Origin: Lytechinus pictus
Taxonomy: Eukaryota
DNA length: 60,000 bases
NCBI RefSeq assembly: GCF_037042905.1
Contig: NC_087251.1
Span: 39,000,001-39,060,000 of the forward strand
Direction of reading: 5' to 3'
In this document: positions 1-14,900 of the stretch, one piece after another
How positions within the stretch are numbered: the first letter of the stretch is position 1
Layout: every line of letters begins with the position of its first letter
Program-made: the position numbers and the translations under genes
The notes under the pieces: model-generated
Database searches by the model: none
Told to the model about the DNA's origin: nothing
The model's input: the letters and a program-made list of their open reading frames with translations, nothing else

Positions 1-2139
1 CGATTCCATCCAGTTGTATTCATTGCCAGTAATACCATAGTACTTAAGTTTTGCAAGTATAAAATTGTGAGGAATAACATCAAAAGCTTTGCGTAAGTCC
101 AAGAAAATACCACCAGTAACATGTTTTCGGTCCATTTTATCATACAAAAAGTCTGTAATCTCAGTTAGACAAGTGGCAGTAGAATAAGACGGTCTGAAGC
201 CAGACTGACAATTTGCAAGTAGATCATTTACATTTAAGTACTTATACAATTGATCATGTATGGCTCTCTCTAGTATTTTGGACAGGACTGGAAGCACAGA
301 AATTGGTCTATAATTGTCAATATCAAATGATCCTCCCTTGTGTACAGGAGTAATTCTTGCTGTTTTAAAATCTTCTGGAATAACACTAGTTTGTAAAGTT
401 GCATTAAATAAATGGGTTAAAGGGCCAGCTATACTCTCTGCTGCCAGCTTAAGAAACTTAGGGTGAATGCCATCTACTCCGACCGCTTTCGAACAATCAA
501 TATGTAATAGTTCTTTCAAAACATACTCCTTTTTTATTGCATAAAATTTAAATTCACAATCTGGAATAAACAGAGTTTGTAAATTGTTTAATAAATCTTT
601 CGAGAAATTACCCGAAGCGGCTTGCAACCTTGAGCCGACTTCATTAAAGGCTTTGTTTAGAACGTGAGCTATTTCATTGTTAGGTATTTGATCATTATCA
701 ATTGTTAATTTAACATCATGACTCGTGGTTTTATTTTTCTTAGGTATAAGCTTCGATAAAATGTTCCAGTTCTTTTTTATGTCATTTTCGCAGTCCTTAA
801 ATTTGTCCTGATAATACTTCTTTTTCAAATTTTTAATCAAGTTATTAGCTCTGTTACGGGAAAACTGAAATTTATTCCACCAATAAATTAATCTTGTTTT
901 TCTAAATTGCTTTCGATAATAATCCCTTTCGCGGGCTAACACCAAAAAATCATCATTTATCCAAGGTACCCCTCTTTGTTTTTGCCGCACTGATATCACG
1001 GGGGCATGCCTGTCACAAATGTCCAGGAGTGTGTTTTTAAAGTAGTGCCACAATTTTTCAACGTCAGTCCCACAGGAATAAAACTCATGCCAATCAACTT
1101 TCCTTACATCATCTTTAAATTTCTCACTGTCAAAGTACTTGAATGAACGACATTTAGTTATTTTCGGAGAAAGGGATTGATGTTTCCCTTTAATTGCAGT
1201 AAAAATCACAGAGTGATCACTAAGTCCAGCTGACTGCACTCCTGACTTAATAATATTGTCAACAAGTGCATCAGAAATACATACCAAATCGATTACTGAC
1301 TGGCTATGTGGTGAAATTCTAGTGGGTTCAGATATAACCTGTGTCATTTGCATTGTAGTAAGGAGACTGGAAACTTTTCTAGAAAGATTATTTATGGTTT
1401 GCATATTACAGTTAAAATCACCAAGAAGGATGACGTTGTTTGTAACTGTATACAATTTCTCAAGATTACTTTCAAGACTGTCAAAAAAATCTAAATGATT
1501 ATCCGGTTTTCTATACAATATACCAATAAATAATGAGCTACTATTGCTACGTTGCAACTCCAACCAAATTATTTCTAAGGCAACAGATTCAAGATCCAAT
1601 CTCCTTATATACGATAAATTTTCTGATATAAAACATCCCACTCCACCTCCATGAGTACATCTATCCTTCCTCTCAAACTTATAACCTTTAACAGAAATCA
1701 AGCTATCAGAATGTTCTTTTGTTAACCATGTTTCTGACACTCCTAGTAGATCATAAGGGTTATTATTCAGCCAACATTGTAAATCAGCAACTTTATTAAC
1801 AATGCTTCTGACATTAAGATGAGCTAATTTTATACCTTTAATATCTTTTAGAGCAAAATCATTAGTTTCGGTTGACCTATCATCATGTGCGTCGACAGAA
1901 ATATTATTACAGTTATACACGACTTCAGTAGATAGATCAGGATCATTCCAAAAAGGTAATACACTTTGGAGAATACATTTCGGGCACTGCCAATTTTCAA
2001 ACAGTTCATCTGAATCATAGGTCTCTCTTGAGACCCCGCCACAAACTATATGCACCCACTGTGAACATACAGTGCATAACAAAGCCTTTTGATTTATTTT
2101 AACAGATTTATTACAAATTGAACATAGGTATTTAATCAT
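1..2139 (-). mobile_element. CR1/L2-clade non-LTR retrotransposon ORF (PHD finger + AP endonuclease + start of reverse transcriptase), truncated by the window edge
   Basis: Uninterrupted 713-codon frame from ATG at 2139 to base 1. PHD finger: CSICNK...CTVCSQWVHIVC...WQCPKC. APE motifs: HLNVRS, GVSETWL, GGGVG, ILLGDFN, IDL, SDH. RT N-terminal motifs: KAVGVDGI, NYRPISVLPVLSKILER, QSGFR, FLDLRKAFD. Absent from the ORF track, probably because it has no stop in the window. Confidence 0.95.
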
Positions 2140-2963
2140 TAAATCTTATGTTGAAATTAGGTTGAGATTTTACTTCCTCCACTCTAAGCAATTTATATAC
2201 ATTAATCATTTTAATCATCAAATATATATACATGAAAAATCCGAATATGTGCAAAATTGCAACAGCAACCATAACAATAAAATGTAAATTGTCACACTTC
2301 AAAACAAGTGAAAAGTATTACGTGTAAGTAATGAATGTAATTTTATACAAATATTCAATAAAATAAGAACCAAGTTCTAGTGATTAACGTTATTAAAAAC
2401 AAATCGTATATTTAATAGTGCAATTTAAAGCAAATAGTAAACAGGAATTCGCCTGTGTGCTCAAGCAGACCAAGTATTACAGTTCAGTGAATTTGATTGA
2501 TTGGGGGTTGGGGGATTTTTTTTTTCAAGTAAAAAATAAAGGAACAAAAATTGAAGAGATGGGGGGGGGGGGGTGAAGAGTAGAGTAATATAGGTCTGGG
2601 CCCTGGAACTGATCTTTAATACCCTTACTAAACAGAAAAAAAAGACTTCACCATTAAGTTATCTCTCTCACCGCCCCACCCCCCTCACAGAATATCCTGG
2701 CGCCTTCCCTGTATGGGCAACACGGGGTTAAACGTGCAATACCCATATGCTTGTTAATATCAAAACAGATTTAAAATATTTTCGGGACACACCCCCCCCC
2801 CAACACTATTTCTATTTAGTAAATAATGACCTCGTACGATCGACTACGATTATCACTATCTGACTTAAAAAAGAGCATTTTCAATCATTGGTGATTGATT
2901 AGTTTCCTCAGACTCATATAACGGCGGGGTGTTTATAACGAATTATTATCTTTTCAATTTCAG

Positions 2964-5900
2964 GTTGAAGAGCATGACCCTGATCCAGAGATGACATTGC
3001 TCACTTACCTAAGAACAAAGTGTATCCTCAACCAACAAAAAAAATATTAGCAACATAAAAGTGTAAAGAAGCCAGTTTCGTATTTCTCCTAACTGGAGAA
3101 AGTCTAACATAAAATTTTTAACACTTAACAATGCCATTAATATTCATAGTATATATGTATACTTACAAAGTATATGGGACACCTTGAGGGAAGTTCATAT
3201 TCCTAGTATTATTCTTACCAATCCACGCACCGGTTCTGCAGAATATGAAAACACGACGCCGGCACTGCCTCATGGACCAGAGGGGGCATCTCTTCTCGAG
3301 ATATTAAAAATTGATAATGAAATTCCTCTTATACAAGCTTAAAAAAATATTTGCGTGTTTTTTCACGTTCAGGGAAAATAATTTAATACAGAAACGCAAA
3401 AGTCTTGAAATTAGAATAGGTGCGATGGATAGAATGAACAAAAAATAAAATTAATGAAAAGTAAACGTGGAATATATTTTATCGAATCCTTTTGTCAAAT
3501 AAGATAATTACGGCTTGATCAAAGTCAAACGTGTTCATAAGCTTGTACAAGTAGATCGAATTTCATTTTAAATTTTAATAAATATAAAAAGTTGATTTGA
3601 CGTCATTTTTTTTCCCTACATCACAAAATGATTTTTAAATTGAAAATGACGAAATATTTCAGATTTCCTTACTACAAAACAAACATGAATTCAGTGGGTC
3701 TAACAGGCACGAAGTCCGGCTGTTCTGAAGGAGGATGCGGGGCATGTACGGTGATGGTCTCCAATTATGATTCAAACTTGAACGTGATCTTGTATCCTTT
3801 TCATGTCAATTTGTGCTGACAATAATGTGCTTCACGGTGTCACATGATGATATTTGTGGTTGTAATGATAGAAATCACGATTTTATGTTCTTATGTTTTT
3901 GTTATATGTTATAGTTTTGTTTTTATTACTGTTGCTTTTGTTGTGACATTTGACATTGATTGATGATGCTTGTCGTTTTCTTTGTTTTCTTCAGCAAGTA
4001 ATCAAATATATAGGCCTATATCAAATAATAGTGGTAATCAAAATGGATATTAGAATATTAGTTATGCAAATGTTAATAGTGAGGATGAAGATATTATATC
4101 GGGAGTGATCTCTAACATAATAGTAATAAAGCAATAACTTACTTGAATACTTTTTAAATAAATTTAGTAAGCCTAGGCCTACTAAAGGCTCTATAGTCAC
4201 TAAGCTGGCTCCTATTGTAATTATCTTTAACATTGTCTTGAGAGTATATTCATTTTAATATGAAAAGTGTGTGACTAAAAGTGTGTGTGGGGGATGTGTG
4301 CGTTATGCATTTTGGAACCCTCAGACCTATACACGTATGCACTGCTCTGTATTTTGTGTAGTAAGATTAAAATCAGAGAAATAAAAAAATATATCAACCC
4401 ATGCATAGTAAAGTCGTACAGAACAGTTTTGGATTCTTGACACACAAATTCTAACATCACGAAACCTCTTCTATCTCTGCCTGTGTAGCCATCGTGCAGT
4501 GAATGCTTGTCTTGCCCCTGTTTGTTCAGTCCATGGCGCAGCCGTCACAACCGTAGAAGGTATAGGGAGCACAAAGACAAAGTTACACCCCGTACAGGTA
4601 AGAAAAATTGCCATATTCATTTTATTTTATAACCCATCCCACCGCTCACGCTATCACTTCTGCTGGAAAGTGTTTACAATGTGTTCACAGTGCGTTTACT
4701 ACATGTTTAAAGTGTGTTCAATTTTTTTTTTCACAGTGCGTTCACAGAGTGTTTACAATGCGTTCACAGTGTCATTTCAAAATGCTCACATTAAGCGTGG
4801 TGATAACTTCACATTGTTGACTGTAACAGCGGTAGTGTTTACAGTGTGTTCAGATAGTGGAATGTGTAAATGAGCTCCCCACGATTAAAATGCTCACATT
4901 TAACAGTGTGGAAATGATTTTACATTCTTGACGTCTCTACAGTGGGTGTGTTCAGATAGTGGAATGTGTAAATGAGCTCCCCACTATTAAAATGCTCACA
5001 TTTAACAGTGTGGAAATGATTTTACATTCTTGACGTCTCTACAGTGGGTGTGTTCACAGTGTGTTCAGATAGTGGAATGTGTAAATGAGCTCCCCACTAT
5101 TAAAATGCTCACATTTAACAGTGTGGAAATGATTTTACATTCTTGACGTCTCTACAGTGGGTGTGTTCACAGTGTGTTCAGATAGTGGAATATGTAAATG
5201 AGCAACCACTTTTAAAATGCTCACATTTAACAGTGCATGAGTGTGGAGATGATTTTACATTGACATCTCTACAGTGGGTGTGATCATAGTGTGTTCAGAT
5301 AGTGGAATATGTAAATGAGCTCCCACTTTTAAAATGCTCACATTTAACAGTGTGGAGATGATTTTACATTGTTGACATCTCTACAGTGGGTGTGTTCACA
5401 TAGTGGAATATGTAAATGAGCTCCCCACTTTTAAAATGCTCACATTTAACAGTGTGGAGATGATTTTACATTGTTGACATCTCTACAGTGGGTGTGTTCA
5501 CACAGTTGAGTATGTGAAGATGTGCTTTAAAAACTGTTAAATTGCTCAAAGTTAACGGTGTGGAGATAAATGGATATTGTTGACACCTCTTTAGTTTAAG
5601 TATTTACAGTGTATTTTTGCCGTCTTCAGGAACGTATACTGTCGAAACGTCGAGATTTGGTGCTTCTTTTCAAGACCAAACATACAGTATGCCCACAGAA
5701 GAATACACAGTGTCCATCTACCGTAAAGTTTTCATACTTATTCATTCTTTGGACATTTTCAGAAGTTATTTGGTTTTATTTTAAATTTTTACGACAAGGA
5801 ACGGATTGCTCTGGCCCATGGTACTCAATGTGGTTTCTGCACTCCAGGGATGGTGATGTCGATGTACACGCTCCTAAGAAATAATCCTCATCCTTCTATG

Positions 5901-8900
5901 GAAGACATTCAAGCAGCACTAGGAGGAAACCTATGTAGATGTACAGGTTATAGACCAATCCTCGAAGGGTACAAGTCATTTGCTAAGGTGATGATAGGGG
6001 TTTTCCAACTCGATAACAGCCTTAACAGGGAAGAAATTTCTTGACAAATGATTTATGATGAACGAAAAAGGGCAGTTAAAATACCACATTCTATTTTTGA
6101 TCAATTGCTCAAGGTATCCAGAATGAAAAAAAAAATCCATATTTATAAATTAAACATTTAAACACAAGATTTGATAATGCATTGAAGTATTCACGAAATT
6201 GGTTTTACTAAACTGTTCTTTCATTAGCGAAAGTTTATTTCTAGAAAAATTATCAGAAAGTTTAAGTCGTGAGATTTCATCACAAGACTTGTTTGTACTT
6301 GGAAAGCGACTGTGTAGATGTTAGTAACGTAAACAACCGTTACACTAAATTATGAAAGAAGGTCAAAAGACCAATAAGGAACTCTAGGAAGATGAAAATC
6401 GTTATATCAATGAATCATGCATTCCAAGTTTTAAGTATTGGGAGCGGTGCCATTCTGGGGGCAGAGGTGTGGGCGACCACACCAATATTTTTTTAATCTG
6501 ACAGTGAAAAGGGGAGGGGGAGAATAAGAGGAAGAAAAATGAATAAAGAAGATGTCAGGGATGTGTAACTCCATAATAACCGTTATGTAATTTAGAAGAA
6601 CGCCTCGTCTTTCCATCATAGCAATACATCTTGTCATCGCCTTGTTAAAAATTTTAAAGATATTAACCTATCATTTTCATAATTTCCTTTTCATTATTCT
6701 ATTGTTTTTATATACTGTAAATCAAACTAAACCAAACCAAAACCCAAAATCACAATTATTTTTTTTGCAGGATGGTGGTTGCTGTGGAGGGCAGTGTGGG
6801 CAGCGTAACGACACTGATGAGGTAAGCACACCTTGAAATCAAGGGTGTTAACAATGACACCAGTTGGTTTCCCTAGAGGTCCGCACCCTGATGTGTTACA
6901 ATTTCACCCTACAGTCAGTTTGAACATAACACCTGTGTAATAGTAAGAAGGGCAGAAATCTCTCCCCAAAGGTAGGGGGGACAAGGGGCTGGAAAAGCCC
7001 CCCCCCCAAAAAAAAAAAAAAAAAAAAAAAGGTTATTACCCCAAATGTAAGGTCATTTAAACAAAATAAATTTGACAATAAAAAAAGTTAACACCAAAAA
7101 GTAAGGTCGTCTCGCCCAAATACATGTTTTATTTCGATTTTGAATGATGTATTTCTTTCTATCATAAAATACCAAAAATAGTAGGGGGACATTTGATATT
7201 GTGTCCCCCCTACTATTTGGGTAGGGGGACGCGTCCCCCCTGGGATTTCCGCCCATGAATAGTAACAAACAACGGTGTTGTAACAACACCCATGTGTGTT
7301 TAACTAATAAAATCTTACCTCGAATTGGAATGCTTGGTGTACTCTGAGTACAATATGTTAACACCGTAGTTTTTGTTGTGTAAACTTTAATACGAGTCGC
7401 AGATTACACCGAATGAATTCATAACATAAAAAAGATTCTCAATGGTGAATAAACAAATACAGAAATGTAGTGATCATATAACTTTGACTTTAGATGTTTA
7501 ACTCTTGCTCTTTTTACCGAAGTAAATAGTCGGCCAACAAATTCGACATGTTATAGTACAGACAATGAAATGCTGATTTTATCTTAATAAACAAATGCAT
7601 GTACATTTATTGTCATTGTGCAAAGTCCGGTAGACAGTGTGAACCTTGATCTCGGTAATGTGATACACCTACTTAGTATAAAATGCAGAGGCAATGAACA
7701 TGACACTAGATATGATGACTTTAAACTTAAGGGCCCGTATTCTGAAGTCGGGTTTAAGTTAAACTCAGGTTTAAAGTTGTGGTGTAAGTATGGGAAGCCA
7801 AAAGTATCAATTTTTTTATTAAGTTGTATGTTTCTTATGTTTACTGTGCTCTTTCCTGATACATCGATGGTGGACACAATCATCTATTTATACTTCCTAG
7901 ACAATTATGAATGATTTGAGAGCCAAATGAGCTGAAGTATGATATATCTACTGTTAGTGATTTATGTAACAATTGGCTCGCCATACTTAAACCGCAACTT
8001 TAAACCTGAGTTTAAGTTAAACCCGACTTCAGAATACGGGCCAAGATGTTAAGATGACATCGTTTTGTCTTTTGAACGGCGACGGATCCAATATCGAAGG
8101 GAGGGGGGGGGGGGCACCATCCTGGGATGATCTGTCAGTTTTTTCTAAAGTGTGAACGAGAAGGTACCGTATCCCTGCTCCTTGAATGACCATCATGTCC
8201 GTTATAACCTTTTGTTAAAAGCCTGTACATATTATGTAAAATTTTGTACTAGTAACTTTTTGTCAATTTTTTTAAAAGCAACAATGAAGTGATTTTTGTT
8301 CTACGAGAACAACAACAATAATTGTATGAAGATGGATCAGTTTTCTGGGAGCTCTCGTTTGGCCCCGCATTTATGTCATCCGTTGCGAATTTATACTATG
8401 CGATTGAATTACAGTTCACCATACAACTGATTGTAATTACCACGAAACGTTATTTGTTTAAAAAATATTTACAATAAAGATAGGTATCACTTTAGTGCTT
8501 AAATCGGAATGGATTAAGATATTTATTTGTTTAAAAAAATTTCGACTTGATTTTACAGGTACCTTGCCGATTATATGATCCAACCACATTTACACAGTAC
8601 GACCCAACGCAGGATATCATATTTCCTCCAGAGCTTTTGGTATTTACTTTAAATTTTGTCCTTTTTCGTCAATAACTTACTCTGAACAACTAAAGAGATA
8701 ATACATATCGCATAAAACTGAGTGAATAGTACACTTACATATTCGTGAAATAAAAACACCATACTATTTGATCAATTTGTATTGTATTTATTTTCCATTC
8801 TTAAAAAACAAGCAAAATACAAAATGAATACATATGAATGGCTGGATTGCCCACTCAGAGTGGTAATTATTACCACTCTGTTCTGTCTAGTGGTTCAGAA

Positions 8901-11900
8901 CGTAATAAATGATAGATCAAACTGTATTATAAACATCTTCAACAAGCAGAAAAGAACGACATTAAACAAAATATAGAGTAATGAAAACTAGACAATAGAC
9001 AAAATTTAAAGTTATGAGTTCAAGCTACAAGCAAATACCCCCCCCCCCCCTTCCCGGCAAAACATAGCGTTGCTCAGAGATCAATGTAATTTGAAATCAG
9101 AGAGCTCAAAGAAGTAATAAATGTAGTATTTTTTTGATAAATTAAAGTATATATACATATATATATTGCCTTCTTGCCCCCAAAACGGGGATAATGTAAA
9201 TTGCACCAAACCACGAAATTTGAAATTGTGGATGAGGTTCATTAACATCTATCAATTAGCAACGCCGCAAATCATAAACGCTTTTTTTGTAACCGATATA
9301 AAACTAAGCATGAGGAAACGCGGAAAGACAAACGTATGAAGATATTCTTTAACATCTTTTCCATGCTTATAATTATAAATTCATACCAAAATATTTGACA
9401 TAAAAGTAAACCAGACGCTCCACTCTCATAATTGAATAGAGTGAGAATTACAATATTTACCAGGTAATACGCATTTGGGCATCTGACAGTAAGAGATACG
9501 TGACAATTCATATCATTTTTTTTTCAAAATATTAAGCTATCTACAGCGAAAGAGAATAAGAGTTCACTGACCTTTGTAGGAACGAGGGTGACCTGGCATC
9601 GACCTTTGACCTTGAATGAACTGCTTGACCTGAAGACAAAACACCCGACCGCAAAGTTGATTGGTGGAAATACTGAGATAGGTAATATTTCAATGATTTC
9701 TAGATGAACTTGATATCATTGTCACCAAATTACTCAAATGGACAAGTAAATGGAAGATAGTTCTACGAAACATGCACGTTGGAATGTATCAGGAATATTA
9801 ATCAATATCCTGCTTTAAAGGCTGCATAGGCCTTTATCACATTATTCTTGTTTATAATACGTCTGAAATGTATTTCCTACTCGATGAATATTAATGTATA
9901 TTTCAAAAGATTGATGCAACTCAGGGTTTTAGTATTTTGGTTTATTTATGAGTAAACGAACAATTATCTATGAGTAAAATATGTAATTGAAAAATCAACA
10001 ACACGAACAAAGGTAGGCCCTAATTTGACAAGTTGGTAAGTGCAATGATTCGTATGTACATGCCACAATTTCCGTATAATTTTCTTTTTTTATCGAAGGT
10101 ATTGAAACCAAGTTTGGAAACAAACTTTATCCCATACTGATTGACGTCAACCACATCAGAGAATTGAAGGAGTTAACGGTTAAAGGTGATGGTGTCTTGA
10201 TTGGTGCTGGCGTCACTCTTAACGGAGTGGATACCTTTTTGAAAGAGATCATCACTCGTGAACAAAGTAAGTAACAAAAAGCAAAGAAAGAAAGAATAAA
10301 TAAACATATGAATAAATGAATAAACAAATGAATAAATACATAAATGAATGGATTAATAAATAGGTCGATAAAAAAGAATAGGCCTGAAAGCTGATATGGA
10401 TTTATTCGATTGATCAAGCAAACATTTAAATGTAAATGAAATAATAAATGAATAAGGAAAGAAAACAAGCCATCTATTGGAGATCATTTTCCAAGCAAAT
10501 GCTATCTGGTGAAGATGTGAAGTTATTGATATTGAATAGATTCTGTGATTTTTGCCAATAAAGCCTAAAGAGCTCATTCTGAGAATATGATTTGTGAGAA
10601 ATGTCCAAGTTTGGACAAAATAGGTGTATCGATATCATGATATGAGATCTATATCATGTAATACTAAATCATGCATTATTCATACAAATTTACAGTGCTA
10701 AATCTATTCCTCTCATTCTCTCTCTCATTTTCTAGATTTCAAGAAAATAGCACTTGAAGCAATAGTTGAGATGCTCCGCTGGTTTGCTGGTCGACAAATT
10801 AGAGACGTGGCTGTAAGTACTAATTTTTTTAATGAAAAGAGACCGTTCCCAATGACCGATCTTACGAATCATTACACAACTGCAATTACCCGTATACTGT
10901 TTTAAGCCTGCTCTAACAAAGGAATAAAACACAAATCTTTGCCATAAAAAGAACAAAAGGGAATATCTATAGATGAATAGAAAGTAAGTTTGAAGTAATT
11001 ATTTTGTTAGTAATGAATATTGATTAACGGAGATAAAACCAAGTATTGCATAAAACTGAGGATTATAATTGCTTAATTTTGGCTAAAACATTGGTTAAAA
11101 TATGAAGTTATACATTATAACTGAAATGTAATCAATATTTTCACGACTGCCAACATCATTACAGCATCACAACAGCATTTCCGCTACTACCGCCATCATC
11201 CAGAGGCGTCGATCATGGGGGGGGGGGGGGGGGCAGGGGGGCGATCGCCCCACCAATGAAAATATTGGGGATGGGGCAAGCATAGCGTTTTGCCCCCCCC
11301 CCAATAATTCCGTAAGTGCAAAAAGAAAATACAGTATAAAGTTACACATAAATTGGCAAATTAACCAAATACAGTATAAAATTAGTTTTTTACATCTATA
11401 GTACAATACAGAATTATAATTTTCCGCACGCTCCGCCGGCGTTCCAAGCTGGGGGTCCGTGTTCGATTCCCGGCAGAGACATCTTTTCGGCATCACCTAT
11501 TTTTCCAAAGGGCAGATAGCTCTCGGGAACCTTGATTTAAGCTACGCCTACCACTGTTCTCTTCATCCATTTCTTTCACAAAATATTTAAATAAAAGAGT
11601 TGCCAAAGCCGTTGTAAATGTATAATTTCTCACATTTATATATATATATATATATATATTTGCATATGTGTGTGAGAGTTTGTTTGTTTTGTGTGATCGA
11701 GTTCCTTTGGAATGTAGATTCATGATTTTGCCCCCCCCCCCTCATCTGAAAAATGGATCGACGCCCCTGCCATCATCATCAACCCCCACAACAATCACCA
11801 TTGTCATCACAATCATCACCAACACCATCACGACCACCACCATTATCTTAATCATCACAATCACCACCATCACCATCGTCATCATCACCATCATCTTCAT

Positions 11901-14900
11901 CTTCATCATTTTCATCATCATCACCATGATCGTAATCGCCATCATCACCAATCACAACTGTCGCCACCATCACCGTCACCACCACTCCATCCCACCATCC
12001 TCATCATCACCATCATCATCATCATCATCATCGGAACCCTTCCACTACCCTTTTCATCACTTTTTAACAACTAGATTTATTATTTCAGATGATTGGCGGG
12101 AACATCGTGACTGGTAGCCCTATATCAGACCTCAATCCAATTCTCATGGCATGTAAATGCACCTTGGAATTGGTATCACAAACAAGAGGTAAAAAATCAC
12201 ATAAAGAACAAATATGTTTGAATTAAATTGAAAGCACGAGATTTGTCGTATTTTGTCAATTTTCTTTGTGTTGTGTTTTTTTAATCATTGTGAATCATCA
12301 AAGATTTGATTTTTATTTTTTGTGACTTAGAACTTAATTAATAAGTAATAACTAATATTTCTATTCTAAGAATGATGATAGTTTCGTTTATGTTGTTGTT
12401 GTTCAGGTAACATTGTCCTTTTAGGATTTTTTTTTTCACCAGCTTGGGGGAAACGATTTATAATAAAATTTCATGTTATATATAGAAAATTTCTTATTAT
12501 TTAGAAAAAAAGTCTTATACATTCATCACCATTTCAGGTACTCGTTTTGTGTTTATGGATGAACATTTCTTTACTGGCTACCGAAAGAATGTTATAGAAT
12601 TAGACGAGGTGTTGAAGTCGATCACAATTCCATTCACTAAAGAGGTATGCCCACCAAGACTTCATGGCCCTGGAAAGCGGGGGTGCTGGATTGCCTTGGG
12701 GTGCTGCGTGTAGTATTCTCCATTGGCAGCACCCCAAAGTATTCTGGAAGATGTGTAAACATTGGAAAATTTAATCAAAATCACCTTCATTTCGTAGTGA
12801 AACCCCCCCCTTTTTTTACTTTTCAAATTTATCGCTACCAATTAGACCATTATTTTGTAGTGAACATCAGCACCCCACTTAAAAAATCCTTCCCAGGGCC
12901 CTGCAAGACGTTTTGTAATACAGTGCGTCTCAGATAAAAGGAAACCGAGATTCAGTGTAATTTTTTCACATCATCATCATAAATTTGCTAAATGAAAGTT
13001 ACATGAATGGAAAAATAGTGCGTCTCAGATAAAAGGAAACCGAGATTCAGTGTAATTTTTTCACATCATCATCATAAATTTGCTCAATGAAAGTTACATG
13101 AATGGAAAAATATGTTTCTCCTCTTTCATTTGAATTCCATCTCAACGTTCATAATGCACGCATGACTGAGTTAGAATAATGGAAAGTGGTGCTACCAAAT
13201 TTTTCATTTGCACGAGTAAATTACGATTTTGAGTGAGGTTTTATGGCATTTGCAGCTTTCTATTCGGAAAACAAATGTCAGAACTTAAATATCCATCTTC
13301 TCCTCTACCACATGAGATCTTATGCATGAAATATGAATGAGGCATGGTCGAGAAAAAGTTGCATGAAAACATGCTTAATTTCTACCAATTCGACGAATCG
13401 TTGAAAACGAGCATTTCGTTTTTCCTACAAAGCGGCAGACAATAACCATGCTTATGGTGAATGTTATTCAGACTAGGGAGGGATACCCGTTTATTGCTGC
13501 CGACTGGAGTCTATGGCTATGGGAATTCAATGTTACAATATTAATAATGTAATTTTGATCTCAAACTTCTCTCACTCGTTTCATTTGTCGCTATATTTCA
13601 CAGGGGAGGCGGAACGTGTTTGGTGGGGGGGGGGGGGGGCAGGGCGAAGCAGAAAAGGGGTACATCACTTTTTCTACGTGCAAAGGAGAAAGCCATTTTT
13701 TTATCTGAAGGTTGTTTTTCTGAAACTTGGTCACCCCACCCCATCCAACATTTTGCTGCCCTGCCCCATCTAACCATTTATCATTTTAAGCAATAGTTAC
13801 AAGTTTTACAGAAATATTTTTTATAAGCCAATTAACCACAAAATCACACTCATTGCGCAGTCACCGGTAGCCCATTGTTTGCCACTTTGATGGAAATGCT
13901 TGTTTTTTAATGTCTTTTCACTATAGCTAGAATTTATCGACCATGTGTCAGTCATATTTTGCGCACAAGGTTTCAAGATGAAAAAACGGACATTTAAATT
14001 ACGAACTTTGCTTTCCGAAAAGATACCAGTAAAAGCCAGAAAATTCACTTAAAATCATAATTTGCTCGTGCAAATGGAAATTTACTACCACCTTTTTCCA
14101 TTGTTCTAAATCAGTCATGCCTGCATTATAAACGTAGAGATGGACTTTAAGTGAAAGAGGGGAAGCATATCTTGCCATTGATGTACATCTCATGAAGCAG
14201 GTTTGTGTTTATGATGTCAAAAAGTTACACTTAATTACGGTTTCATTTTTTCTGGGACGCACTGTACATCACCATGAAATAAAATAAAGAATTAGGCCTA
14301 TGTTTTTTTCGTCAAAATTTTCTTTCTTTTATTTATAGAAATATCAGATGACTCGAATGTGTATTTGTACTTGAGAGTAACCAAGCTGAATAGATGAATG
14401 CTCCATACTTCTTTATTGCAAATTGAATAATGGGAAATCGCAGAAAACAAGGGAAACATTAATGATTTTGTTTTATAACCTTTTACAATGTATGGGGAAT
14501 GTCAACATAATGCCCCATATTGTATCATTATTTACTTTAAAACAAAACATATTAGCCCTAGGTTTAAAGCACAGTATGATACTGATTGACTAGCTGCTTA
14601 GAATACAATACGTTCCCTGTCACCGTATACATTATCTGAGTTTTGTAACGGAATCGGCATGTTTTTCCATTCACGCAAAAACCCTCTTCCCCAAAAAATA
14701 TCCGAAATGTTTTGTCGACATCACTAAAATTGATATTTTATGTTGACCTATTTGCACGCTTTCTCTACCAAGAATGAATACGTCTATGGCTTCAAACAAT
14801 CTCCTCGTCGTGAAGACGACATCGCTATCGTTAACGCTGGATTGAGAGTGGCTTTCGATCACGGCACTGACGTCATCAGTGATATTGCATTGTCTTACGG

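Noticed and set aside
3301..3581. Inverted repeat inside the first U12-type intron as a splicing structure
   Set aside because: Degenerate ~40-bp AT-rich arms, most simply a decayed MITE; nothing in the sequence supports a function.
4780..5590. Possible functional array or coding repeat (ORFs 4499-4873 and 4608-4820)
   Set aside because: Ordinary intronic minisatellite. Only 4489-4597 is exon; the rest of those ORFs is read-through into the repeat.
11668..12117. Ile/Thr/His-rich and Met/Val-rich ORFs
   Set aside because: Artefacts of the (CAT/CAC)n microsatellite.
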